Below, piece by piece: positions 14,405-42,518 of a stretch of 64,000 nt of DNA; the first letter of the stretch is position 1; every line of letters begins with the position of its first letter. The stretch covers positions 15,750,001-15,814,000 of the forward strand of contig NC_087251.1 in NCBI RefSeq assembly GCF_037042905.1, given 5' to 3'. Source of the DNA: Lytechinus pictus. Its lineage: Eukaryota. Below the pieces are notes generated by a model. The model searched no databases, had not been told where the DNA came from, and worked only from the letters and a program-made list of their open reading frames with translations. A program made the translations under genes and the position numbers.

Positions 14405-15370
14405 GGGAGGGTGTGTGTTGTATGTGCGTGTGTAGGAGTGAGGGTGTGTGTGTGTGTAGGAGTAAGGGAGGGTGTGTGTTGTATGTGTGTGTGTAGGAGT
14501 GAGGGAGGGTGTGTGTTGTATGTGTGTGTGTAGGAGTAAGGGAGGGTGTGTGTTGTATGTGTGTGTGTAGGAGTGAGGGAGGGTGTGTGTTGTATGTATG
14601 TTTGTAGGAGTGAGGGAGGGTGTGTGTTGTATGTGTGTGTGTAGGAGTAAGGGAGGGTGTGTGTTGTATGTGTGTGTGTAGGAGTGAGGGAGGGTGTGTG
14701 TTGTATGTATGTTTGTAGGAGTGAGGGTGGGTGTGTGTTGTATGTGTGTGTGTAGGAGTGAGGGAGGGTGTGTGTTGTATGTGTGTGTGTAGGAGTGAGG
14801 GAGGGTGTGTGTTGTATGTGTGTGTGTAGGAGTAAGGGAGGGTGTGTGTTGTATGTGTGTGTGTAGGAGTGAGGGAGGGTGTGTGTTGTATGTATGTTTG
14901 TAGGAGTGAGGGAGGGTGTGTGTTGTATGTGTGTGTGTAGGAGTAAGGGAGGGTGTGTGTTGTATGTGTGTGTGTAGGGGTGAGGGAGGGTGTGTGTTGT
15001 ATGTGTGTGTGTGTAGGAGTAAGGGAGGGTGTGTGTTGTATGTGTGTGTGTAGGAGTGAGGGAGGGTGTGTGTTGTATGTATGTTTGTAGGAGTGAGGGA
15101 GGGTGTGTGTTGTATGTATGTTTGTAGGAGTGAGGGTGGGTGTGTGTTGTATGTGTGTGTGTAGGAGTAAGGGAGGGTGTGTGTTGTATGTGTGTGTGTA
15201 GGAGTGAGGGAGGGTGTGTGTTGTATGTGTGTGTGTAGGAGTAAGGGAGGGTGTGTGTTGTATGTGTGTGTGTAGGAGTGAGGGAGGGTGTGTGTTGTAT
15301 GTATGTTTGTAGGAGTGAGGGAGGGTGTGTGTTGTATGTGTGTGTGTAGGAGTAAGGGAGGGTGTGTGTT
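14405..15370 (+). repeat. 37-bp GT-rich minisatellite, ~26 copies
   Basis: Unit GGGAGGGTGTGTGTTGTATGTGTGTGTGTAGGAGT(G/A)A. Confidence 0.95.
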
Positions 15371-15871
15371 TGTGTCTGTTTTCTTTTACTTCTGTTTCCG
15401 TATTTACCCTGTTTATCTTTGTAAATAATTTCATTTACGTTCCTTTGTTTGTAATGTTCCTTTCTATTTCACAAAGGATCCCTTTTCACATGCTCTGCAT
15501 CTTTGGAGTCCCAAAGCTATCATGTTTTATTTCTTTATGTCAAACTATTGTAATATATCGCTTGATTGATTGGTTTGAATAAACTTGAACTTGAACCTGA
15601 AGGGGTGGTCCCTATGAACAGTCAATAGTGATAGTATTTACCATTTACCACTAGACCCTATATAGGCCTACCCTATGTCATTAGCCATCATCATGATGAG
15701 ATGCAACATAATTGACAAGAGGCTCTCAATCGCCTAAATACCGCATATGTATTTCATGCGATATATTTAAACAAATTAGTTGAACTTATCTGCCAAATAA
15801 TTGAAGGTCATTTAGTTAAGCCTATCACTCGTTTTATTGCCAGCTCGACACAATCCCTTTGACCCCATATA

Positions 15872-16840
15872 CAGTGCGTATCAAGAAAAAGTTTACACTT
15901 AGAAAAAATCCTGTAAAATTATACATTTGTAATATCCTGAAGATTTTTCCACATTTTAGCATAGGTACAGGTCCATTTAAGCAAATGACGATATAACTGT
16001 CGAAAATATTTCCGCTTGAGTGAGCACCACTTACTTTAGAAAAGTTTGTAAAAAATCATTTGCACAGAACTTTGAAATAGTTATGCGAATAAAAGAAGAC
16101 CCTAATCACGAAGAACACGTGGATTTTAGCTAGTAAAATTGATTTGAAGATATCTTTTACCTTTTTAAACTTGTTCCTTGCCCAAAACACTTCGAAGAGT
16201 GCATTGCGCCCCATCCACTCCCCCACACACCGAGGCCATCGTAACGAGATTTGCCTCACACTGAGCTGTGATTTACATGAAATGGCTTAGGCTTAATTTT
16301 TATTTTTTTAATCATTGTCAAGCTTGGGAAAGTGTTGAGAAACAAGTATTACATTAAAAATGAAATGTAAACCCACTTTAAATGATAAAAACATAGTGAA
16401 AAATGCTGGATACGTCTGCTATAAACTTTTGTTCAGAATCAGTTATGTCCTCAGATCCAGCTGGCACAAAAAGGGTAAGGGTTGTGCTTAAGAAGTGTTG
16501 ACATTTCAAATTGTTACAAAATGCTTGAATGTATCCATTTTATGTCAATTGACTTAAAGTGCAAGGGAAATGTATGAGAAATGTTTCGCAAGGTAAGTTT
16601 GATTTCACCCTTTCCCCTGGACATAGCGCGAAAACGAGCATTTCTGCGCAAACAGATTTCTGCGAGCTTTACAAAAATGGTCAGTGCTCACTCAAGTGTA
16701 ACATTCTGTCATAACTTTTACTTTCATTGGATAGATGAGACCCAAACCCAAAAATATATGTGAAAAAATTACCCACATGTTGTATATTTTTGAATTCCCA
16801 GGGCTTTTTCAAAGTGTAAACTTTTTTTTGATACGCACTG
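15872..16840. mobile_element. Tc1/mariner-type non-autonomous element
   Basis: TIRs CAGTGCGTATCAAGAAAAAGTTTACACTT / AAGTGTAAACTTTTTTTTGATACGCACTG, TA on both flanks. Confidence 0.85.
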
Positions 16841-19480
16841 TATAGCGTATTTCTAAAACATGAGGCCTACTGACAATATATTTTTTTTCCAAAAAATACT
16901 TCTAGTAATGATAAACCCTTTTCTCGGGGACCAATTTTTCCGAAAATGAAATCCTGTTTCTATTATAAGAGGACAGGCCTATAAAAAGTATATAACTGGC
17001 TTGATAATATCCTCTAACATATTTAATTTCAACCGGGTAGTCATGTACAAGACTTTTATAATAGTTTTTTTTATACTTTGATATAATAATGGGAATACTA
17101 CACCTTATTCATAATTTTAAAGAGTAACCAATCTTGTGTAATTTCATCAGTTGCTGCGCGGCATGATAGAGGGCTTGTTCAGATTTATCATAATTATGCC
17201 CGAAATAATACCTAGGTCCATGTTTCTACAAAGAGAAATAATTTTGGAATGAAAAACTGAGCTTAAAAAATTGATACGATAGAAGGAAAATTACATGAGT
17301 TTGACATTTTGTATCCATAATTCCACGTTATACAGTGAGGCAAGCTCAACGAAGAACTGAAAGAGGGGGCTATGACGAAATGTCTTTTGGATACTCATGT
17401 AATCATCCGAGCGCATTCAATTCATTTCTCACAGAAAGCATCCAGTTATTATTAAAATAATTCATCAAAATTAGACAAATAATTTGTAAATTAGAATATA
17501 ATTGATGAAAATAATTTTGTATTCATACTCTTTCATCATTTAGCCTTTTGGAGGAGCCTGTCTGTATATTTGTATTTTATTTTAATTACTGTTGTCGGCA
17601 ATGCACTTTTTTCACTGTGAAATGACCGAAATTATGGTTAGTTTTGTTTTAGGCCTCGATATTTTTGAGCAGGGAAAGAAGGTGGTCAATCATTGGCGTA
17701 ATTAGCAAACAATTTTAAGGGGGCTAAATATAGCGTATGTGTGGGAATTTCTATCAAATCACGAGCGAGCGAGCATTTCATTTCCATTCCATTCCTTATT
17801 TTTATTTGGCAATAAGTCATGATTGACTATTTTTGCCACCCACTGTATAAAAAGTAGGGTTACAATTTTATTTATTATTATTATTTTTTATTACTTTTTT
17901 TTATTATTTCTTGTATATTCATTCCTTAAAAAAAAAAAAAAAAAAGCGAGCAAATTTTTTTAGCCTTGCTACAATGAAAAGTTAATTTGGTGATAGAGTT
18001 CGACATAATATTCAAACAATAACATATTTCACATCTTTTCCTTACCTTTTCTTTCCCTTTCTCATTCTGGTTTTTTTTTGGTCGTGGAGCTTTTGTGCTT
18101 TGTAAGTTAATGCTTACCTCTTTCTTTCTTGCTCTATTTCTTCATCTTTTTCTTTAATTCTTTCATTTTGTCTTCCTCCTCACATTTACCCTTTTCCTTC
18201 CATTCCCCTGTCTTGTTTTTTTTTTTTTTTTATATCTCTCCGAATCTCTACATGTTATCATATCACCTGTTTTCGTTAAATACGAAATCTCCCTCGGATG
18301 ATCAGATCTAAAAACGGAAATTAAATCACATCACTGCTTTATAATCATTTATTTTTCAAATTATAGTCTTATAGCACGCTGAGCAAAACTATTCTGCATA
18401 CATGTATTGTGTTAACTTGACTTACGAATCCAACGTTATTGCTTTTATTCCGTTTCCTTTTCACCAAATAAAAAAATAAACGCACATTGGAAACATCTTG
18501 TATGGCAGTTTGACTGAATACTTGTACTTAGTTTTCAAAATCAAAATCATCTCTCGAACCCTCATTAATTCCTCTACAGATTTCTACTTACTCAGTTACC
18601 ATAGTAACACGAAAAATGAAATCTCTCAAGTAACTGAACAAATTTCCAACCCCGATTCTATCTTAAAGTGATTTGCTTTCCATAAACAGAATTATTGTCT
18701 AAAAGAATTTTGAAAGAACCCATTAATCAATTTCAAGATTTCTTAATTGTCAACTAGGCATTGAAATTAGGCTTGAGAGTAAAAATACTTTGACTTTGAT
18801 TTCCATTATCAAAACATGCATGCATGTTTTGAAATACTGCTCAGATCAATATCGAGCATATTTATTGTTTTGCGTGATGATAATACAGTTAAACGTGTTG
18901 AAGAGTAAATATTTGATATGTTTTGAAATTAATGACACTCTGCGGCCCTTAATGGTGCATGATTAACAACATATCGTCTTTTCTGGGAAAGAAATTTGTG
19001 CTGTCTGATCTTCTCTTGAGGGATATCACTTTTACCTCTGGTATTGCACTTCAAAATTTAAAAGTAGTTTTAATCAATTATCTTCAAATCTTAATCCAAA
19101 CATAAATTAAGTTGAGGTATATATAGGATAGGGGCGTTATCAGAAGGCCAGAGTAATACTTGCCAAATTTAAATATGATTACTTCATAATAATCAACTGT
19201 TATGTTAAGGCTGTTGTAATTTACTCTAAAAATGAAACGTAGCTTGTTTAATTACTCCAAATCAATTAATGTGACGTGTAAGTGTATGTATACGATTGCA
19301 ACGTTTTCAAATAATCAATTTTCTCACGGAACAGACTTAAATAAATAACCTGTCTGAATTTGATTTATTTCGATAATTCTTAGCGGGTTTATTTCCATTA
19401 TCATTGGTCAATGATCCCCCTCTGAGACGCCCCACTTTCTGTCGAATTCACAATGCCCAGTGTTGATTCAGATTGTAGGC

Positions 19481-34802
<15,322 letters not shown>

Positions 34803-35174
34803 GACTATGGAGTTCAGGAGTAGACTGAATCTACCGACAACTTGACAAAGGTGCTTGCAGTATTTGATCCAAACGTCGTCTGTGCGAGGAGCGCTGATAA
34901 AAGCATTTGATTCATTCGATATTTCAAAGAACACTTAAGAATATTTTTTATCTCTGATGGGTCGTTGCTTATGCAAAGTTAATTTCTCCATTTCTGGGTT
35001 TTTAAGATATGGGCAAAGATATGGGCCTAATTATATTAAAGTTTTAGTGGAACAACTGACAACCTTCCCATCATTCACTGTATATAAATAGGCAATGGAT
35101 ACAATTGGCATGAAAAACGCATGACCGAACTGAAATCTACTGAATAACACATACTCTGCAGTAACGATTCAATC

Positions 35175-35415
35175 GGGTATGGTGGCTCAATGGTAGAGCG
35201 TCCGCCTCATGAACGGAAGGTCGTGGGTTCGATCCCCGGCCGAGTCATACCAAAGACTTATTAAAATAGGACCTTCTGCCTTCTTGCTTGGCGCTCAGCA
35301 TTTAGACTGGAGAAGGGTAATAATAACAAATTATGTTATGCAGGGCCCGCTGGAAGGAGCAGTCTTATGATCGAAGTGGCTACCCTGGGTAAATAAAACG
35401 TTATTATTATTATTA
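35175..35415 (+). mobile_element. tRNA-derived SINE
   Basis: Box A TGGCTCAATGG, box B GTTCGATCC, tRNA-like head, non-tRNA body (GAGTCATACCAAAGAC...GCTTGGCGCTCAGCA), 3' tail ending (TTA)n. Confidence 0.85.
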
Positions 35416-36072
35416 ACCGGTTTCTCTGAGTGACGAATGCTTGCGAACGTTGCGATTTCGAGATTTCGCTCGGGTTCTAAAAGGTTGAAAAGTTCATGAA
35501 ACGTTGCAAGAAAGTTCGTAAACAGTTTTTTCATTGCTACATACTGTTTTCTTGTCGCAAACAGTTGCTAGCGTTCGCAAAACATTCAATATAATCATAC
35601 GGTGAAGTTCTCTTTTATTCGCCAATAAGGTATCGCTTCCACGGCGTACGACGCATTCAAGAACATATATTGTCAAAATACTCTTTATGACAAAGGGCAA
35701 CCAAGAAGTCTTTGTCGAAAATTGGTGAATAAATACAGCAGTTTCGTTCTGGTCAAACGACATATTGGCAATTTTTCGTCAGCTCCGAAACTTAGGAAGA
35801 AACTGCTGCTCCTGTTCATCGATTTTCGACAAAGACCTCCCAGCTGTCTTTGTTTATTTAACAGGTATACACTTACTGTGTTCTGAATCTGTCGCCGTTG
35901 TAGTTGCAAAAACTCCATAATGATAGCGACCAAACTACCACATAAATTATGTTTAAGGAAGATCCAATAATTAAAAATGTGAGTCGAACGATTGAGATTG
36001 GACATTATTTTGGAATCGGACTACAGAATACGGGACACTAGAATATGATACACATTTGACATTGTGTCATTG

Positions 36073-36260
36073 TGCCGCACTCAACCCAGGTGAGGAAAAT
36101 GGGTACCGGCATGAAATAATTCCTCAAAAAGCTGTGTGCATCTGAATCGGTAGCCTAGCTTAGCAGGGTAATAATGATAGCATGCAGGGCCCGCTGGGAG
36201 AACAGTTTTCGGAACTGAAGTGGCTACCCTGGGTAAATATACCGTTATTATTATTATCAT
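36073..36260 (+). mobile_element. 5'-truncated SINE of a second family
   Basis: Body CACTCAACCCAGGTGAGGAAAATGGGTACC, then the same tail as 35340-35415 (CAGGGCCCGCTGG...GAAGTGGCTACCCTGGGTAAAT...(TTA)n). Confidence 0.7.
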
Positions 36261-36703
36261 TTGTATCATTGAATCAATCAATTTAACAAAAAAGATGAAT
36301 GAATGAATGAAAGAAAGAAAGAATCAATCAATTAGTCAACCAACCAACTAATCAATCCATCCATCAATTTATCAATCAATCGACCAATCAATCAATCAAT
36401 CAATCAACCAGCTACTCAATCAATGACCCAACCAACCAGTCAATATAATTATGTATATATTTTTCCTTTTCATCTATGCTTGTCTCTTTTCCACCTCTTT
36501 TACTCAATACCCCAATTCATTTGTCGAATTAAAATAGATGGTAAAATGCTTGGATAATAAGGAGGTATTCTTTGCAGCGATTCAAAAACATATTTTCAAT
36601 AATCGACATAATAACACTTTTTAAACTTCTCAAGTAAATTTCATTGAAAAGGGATTTCCAATTATGTTAACTAACTCATGTAGGATTATGACATTATTGG
36701 TAT

Positions 36704-36926
36704 CAGGGGCGGATCTAGGATTTTCCTAAAGGGGGGGGGGGCACATTTTCCCGAGAAAAAAAAATTGACAAGCAAAAAATAAAAAGTCAATTTGAAATGG
36801 AGGGAAGGGAGCACACTTGTGTTTTAACGGTATTTTTACATTATAAATTCAAATTGTGCCTCTCAGAGGGGGGGGGGGGGGGGGGGGGGGGCACGGGCCG
36901 GCTGTGCCCCCCTGGATCCGCAAGTG
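36704..36926. mobile_element. Short MITE with CAGGGGCGGATC termini
   Basis: CAGGGGCGGATCTAGG ... CCTGGATCCGCAAGTG, poly-G subtermini. Confidence 0.7.
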
Positions 36927-37613
36927 ATTGGTATCTAGATTCACTCATTGCAGCTATGCCTTACTTTGGCGCAAATCGAACTTTACATCAAAGTTTAAAA
37001 AGTACATTCCACATAAATATGGTATCAAATTATTTGGGAGAAGATACTCTTTCAGGCCACATATAATACTTACGTGTTAATGACATTTTCCACTTAAATT
37101 GGGATTTGTGAGGTGTCAAGTTTGTTTACTCACACAGTAGAACTCTCATTCAATACAATATCGATCTTTCCAATCCATTCTCTTTTATTAACTCGATTAA
37201 GTTTTTATACACGAATCACACGAATTGTTTTCATATGTTTTCTCGTTTTTATTATCCCAAGGCAATCTATACCATCTTCAAATTTACCTTATCCCAAAAG
37301 TCATAATTATACGTTCGCAAAATGTGTAGGTACAGTTTTACTTTGAAAGTTTTAAGCAATTCTACTTTAATTTCTTTTTACCAAACATAACATTTCACCA
37401 ATATCTTAAATTCTTACATGTCATTTTGATTAAAATCGTTGATCTGTATTTTATTTTACTTCCACAATAATAAACCATTTTATTTCTGGATTGAGCGTCG
37501 CACTGTCGCTTATTGATACATCCAATATTTTAAGTATTTTTACGTATTTTGGAACATCCCATTTAACGAGAAACACAAAACAATGAACTTTTTATCCACA
37601 TTCGTTGTCGTCT

Positions 37614-40600
37614 CTATGCGTACTCGGCGACGAGCTGCTGACCGAGTGTCTTCATACCAGCGTAGATCTCCTCAGCGGTTGGCTGGATCTGCCTTTCTGG
37701 AAGCTCGAATCCGAACGTACCCTCATCACGAAGCTCCACCACATAGGAGTACTTCACGCCTAGGGATCCGTAGCCAAAGTCCTCGCTTCCACCCGTTGCG
37801 GGGTCTGAGATGGAGATAAAACGGTTCCCATGAAGTGAAGTATAAAAGTAACAGTTTTTTTTTTCAAGGTGCTGCTCTAAACGATTATCATAATGATAAT
37901 AATAACATGGACATTTGTAATGCGCCGGTCTCTATCATAAAAAAGGGATGATAAAAATGATTATGGGATGATTAGCCTAGTGATGATGGTGAAGTGGTGG
38001 TGATGATATCCTGAAGATGATAATTGCCATCATCAGCATAATCAGTAGCAGAGTGAGTATCATCATGAGGTAATCATTATCATACATAACAATGACCGTT
38101 GTCATCACAGGCAACATCAATCAAATCCAGTCCAGAATATATTTCATATAGAGCTTCTTCATTCCGGTAACGAAGTGTTATTGCCGTCATATCATCATGT
38201 TGATGTTGTGAAATGATGTCGAGAGGATGGGGATGATAATGATGGTAGTGGTGGACTGGTGGTGATCTTGTTATAGATGACACTGCTGATGAATATATAG
38301 ATTCATGCATTTAGATATAATGTAACCAAGTGGCATACTTTTTTCAAATAATCTATTTATGATAATACTCACACATATCAGGTCCTGATTCTCCAACAAA
38401 ATAATTTTTGTTATGAACTGAGTTAATTGAATTCTCCACTTTGATGGCGAGTGCGTTCTGAAATGATAAGATTAATCAAATCCACATTTTGGAATAAATA
38501 CTCAAAATGGAACCCAGTGTTATTCTGATGTTCTCAAGCACTATGAACATGATGAAGTAATGAAATAACAAGAACATCACATTACGACCAATCGGTCGTC
38601 GTGTTTGGTCTTTGGTTTCACGTGCAATAGCGAATTCTACAGAACCCATTGTGGTGACATGATGTTGTTATTTTCAGTCGTCGTTCCCACGACTTACAAA
38701 CTCATTCCCTCGACTTATTAACGTTGTTGTTGTTTGTTGGGTATAATGGCGACCAGTCATAGGCCTATTTGACTATTACCGCCAACTCGTTACCTTTTTT
38801 TTTTCTTTTTGTTAAGAAGAGTCTGAGGACAATTTTTGTGTTTTTAATCATTGAACATGACAATAAAATAATTAAATTGAATTGAATTGAGAACGAAACG
38901 AAATAATGCATTTTTAACATTAGGGTCTTGTGAATTTAGGAGTTTATGAATTTCGTTAGGATCGGTGATGTCTGCTTCGATGAGCATTGATCCTTCTATG
39001 GGGCATTTGACAATATAATGTTCGACTGTTTCTATCTCTCTACATGAATTGTAATGTCCTGTATGGTGTATTTTCATTCGCCAAAGATCTTCATTAACGT
39101 TCAGGGTCATGCTTTATAACTTGCTATAAGTAAGCAGAGGGAACAAGTTTGTAAGTCGTGGGAACGAGGAAGCACATGAACTCTGGAGGATACAAGTGTT
39201 AAAGGGATACTCCGGGCTGAAAATATTTATATCTAAATATATAGAGTAAAATTCACAGAGCAAAATTCTGAAAATTTCATCAAAATCGGATAACAAATAA
39301 CGAAGTTATTGAATTTTAAAGTTTAGCAATGAGTTATATGCAAGTCGTCATGAATATTCATTATGTGGGCTGATGATGTCACATCCCCACTTTTTTTTTC
39401 TTATTTTATTACAAGAAATCATAATTGTTTCATTTTTTTTCGTACATGTGTGAATAATGTGTCTCCTTTATAATGAAATAAGTTGCTGCAATTAATATCT
39501 AATGCACTAAATCAGTTGTCAAACCAATTTTTTTCAGTTCTTGGAAGAAAAAAAATTGAATAAACCTAATTTTATATAATGAAATACAAAATGACAAGTG
39601 GAGATATGACATCATCAAGTTGCTCAATGAGTATTCATGAAGACATGCCTGTTTCACCGGAACAATGCAATTGTTTAAAATACCACAACTTTGATATTCT
39701 TAGTCCGATTTTGATCAATTTTCAGTGTTTTGTTTGTCTGATTTTCTGTATTTATCTAAATCATATTAATTTCAGCCTGGAGCATCCCTTCAAGTCGAGT
39801 GAATTACCTCGGTCACGTTTGCTCTGCGACGGCCATACGGTGAGTCGAAAACAGTCGTTTTATTGTTATTCAAATCTATAATTATGTAGTTGGTACAAAA
39901 AATATTGAAACAGCAGTTTTTGCCACATCAGATGTATTGCTTGCGTTCAGCATAACAGCAAAGGCAATAACTGCAGCCTCCGCCTAGATTATAGGCTACA
40001 AAATACCAGATAGTAGGTCAGGGAACGAGTTAGTAAGTCCATGAACCTACAACAACATGGTGAGTCAAGCGAACGCATTATGAAGAAAGAAAAACAAATG
40101 ACATGTCACCTTGGGGACTCCGTAGGATGAACCAAGAAGGTTTGCAATGTCTCGTTCAAATGTAATAGAAGTCGCTATTGTAGTTAGGATAATTTGTTTA
40201 CATAATTCTTCTGAAATAAAATTAGCCAGTGAGATAACGGATGGCTGAGAAATCAATTTGGTTTGACATTTCTGCAGTCTTTCGAAAGAATTGCTCTTTG
40301 AAGTATCTCGAATGCTACAGTTACACCATGGACCTATTACGAATAGGTCCATGGTTACACCAACGGAACCGAAACCAACCCAACCGATGGTGTGTAATAA
40401 CGTAATAGCTTTATCGATCTGGAGTTGGTTTCGCGTCGGTGTGCCTGATGCTGCAGCTGTACCTGTTCGTCTTTGTCTGGATGAGCGACGTCAAATCTAG
40501 TGTAGCCCCAAGGGTAGAGCCAGTACTGACCGTAGGAATGGAAATCGATGAAAAGCTTGAGGTTTGAGCCAAAGCTCTGAAGGAAAGCCTTGGAGCCACT

Positions 40601-42480
40601 GTTTTCGGGTTCACTCAACGCTTCTGTCCCTTGGTAGTCCTGGGCACACTTGGATTTACTCGCACCTTGGGTGTTATACGTTCAAAAAATATAGATGGAT
40701 AAACATAGTTATCAGAAAGGAATGGGAGAGAGGGGTGGAGCTCGAGAGAGAGAGAGAGAGAGAGAGAGAGGAAGGGGGGGGGAGAGTCAGACAGAGAGAG
40801 GGGAAGGGGGGGGGGGGGGGGAGAGAGTCAGACAGAGAGAGAGAGAGAAGGGGGCAGAGAACACAATTTCAACTTAAAAATCATCAGAAGGAATGATGAC
40901 AACTCCACACTCGCGGTCTTATGTTGGTTTAACAAATACAATGTGTGGAATTACCCCATTTCACTTAAATTATTCATCTACTTAAAAAGATCTTCAGGCT
41001 ACTGAAAAAAAAATTGACATTAAAGTACAGGAGAGGTGAGAAAGCGAGGGATAAAGAAAGAAAGAGAAAGAGAGAGGGGGAGAGGGGGGGGGGGGTGTGC
41101 GGATTTACAGTTGATTACACACACGGCAAAATTTTTTTTTTATAAAGAACTATATTTCAACAAAACTCTGAAAAAAAGTGTAAAACTAACACTCTAAAAT
41201 GTTGGTATTAAAAGTTGGTAAGACTTTTGGTATCTTTAATTCAACTTTAGAATATGAAATTTATTATTCATTCATTTTAGATTAATTCAGATGTTTCAAA
41301 ACTTTACCAACCTCCCCATTCGTAGTCATAGTTACGGTTGAGATCGACTCCAGCGCAGCCTCCTGTGTTAGGGTTGCGGTTCTTGCGCCACATACGATCC
41401 TCCTTGTCAACGAAAAAAAAAAGAAATATAAAAAGAATATATCCTACATAGATTAAATCCTGTAAAGTAATTGCTTCAAATAGCATCATGTGACCAAATA
41501 TATTTTAAATGTGATGTTGCGTGACGTCAAACCTCGATATACATGTACATATTTATACATACATTTACATATTTATATTTTTCATAACAAACTGATTTTT
41601 GTATGAATTTATGTTTACGAAAAATGTAGAAATTTTTGAAATGGAAGAAAGTAAATGTTTATTTGAATTGAATTGAAAAAAATTTGAATATTTTCACTAT
41701 ACAAATATTCTGACGTTATGATTCACTGGCGGAAATCCGGTCCGAGCAGTGGGGGGGGGGGTGATAGCAATACTGACCTGAAAATTCAAAAAAATTGGGA
41801 TACCCCCATACCAAGGGCTATGTAGACTATACGGGAGTATATAGCAGCGTACATAATAATACCATCTTTCTGTTAAAGGCCTGTGACGATTTTTTCAATG
41901 GCTATAATAATCGTCGCCTTCCCGCACAAAGGTTGTTAGCGCGCACTGCCGCATTGGATTGATTTGTTGTGATTTAGTAATGAATTGCAGTTAATAACAA
42001 TATGCGATCGACCGAGTAAATTTTCAGTAAATGGAAGACAAAATTGTGTTTCAAAACTTCTTAATTATCACATCACAGGCAATGTATACGCAGGTATAGT
42101 GTAAATAAAAAAATATGTAAACTATACTTACGGTACATCTTTCAGTTAAAGGCCTATCACGATTTTTACAGTTAACATCAATATGCAAGCGAGCGAAGTG
42201 AGCGAGTAAATTTTCAATAATTGGAAGACAAAATGCTGCCCAAACCCTTTTCAAGATAATTATCACACCACGGGCAATGTATACGCAGGTATATACTGTA
42301 AATGTGTAAATTAAACTACCATCTTTCAGTTAAAGGCCTATCACGACTTTACAGCTAATATCAATATGCGAGCGAGCGAAGCAAACAAGCAAAATGTTCA
42401 GTAGTTGAAAGACAAAATGATGTCAAAAAAATCTTTCAAATGTTGTGTAATTATCATATCTCGGGCAATGCATACATAAG

Positions 42481-42518
<38 letters not shown>

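Noticed and set aside
14382..15434. 350-aa His/Thr/Pro-rich ORF
   Set aside because: Translation of the 37-bp minisatellite; no evidence of coding function.
35175..35250. tRNA gene (Met-like anticodon loop)
   Set aside because: No proper acceptor stem and it runs into a SINE body and (TTA)n tail.
35685..36005. 106-aa ORF faintly like a Harbinger transposase N-terminus
   Set aside because: Resemblance too weak; no catalytic motifs or clear TIRs.
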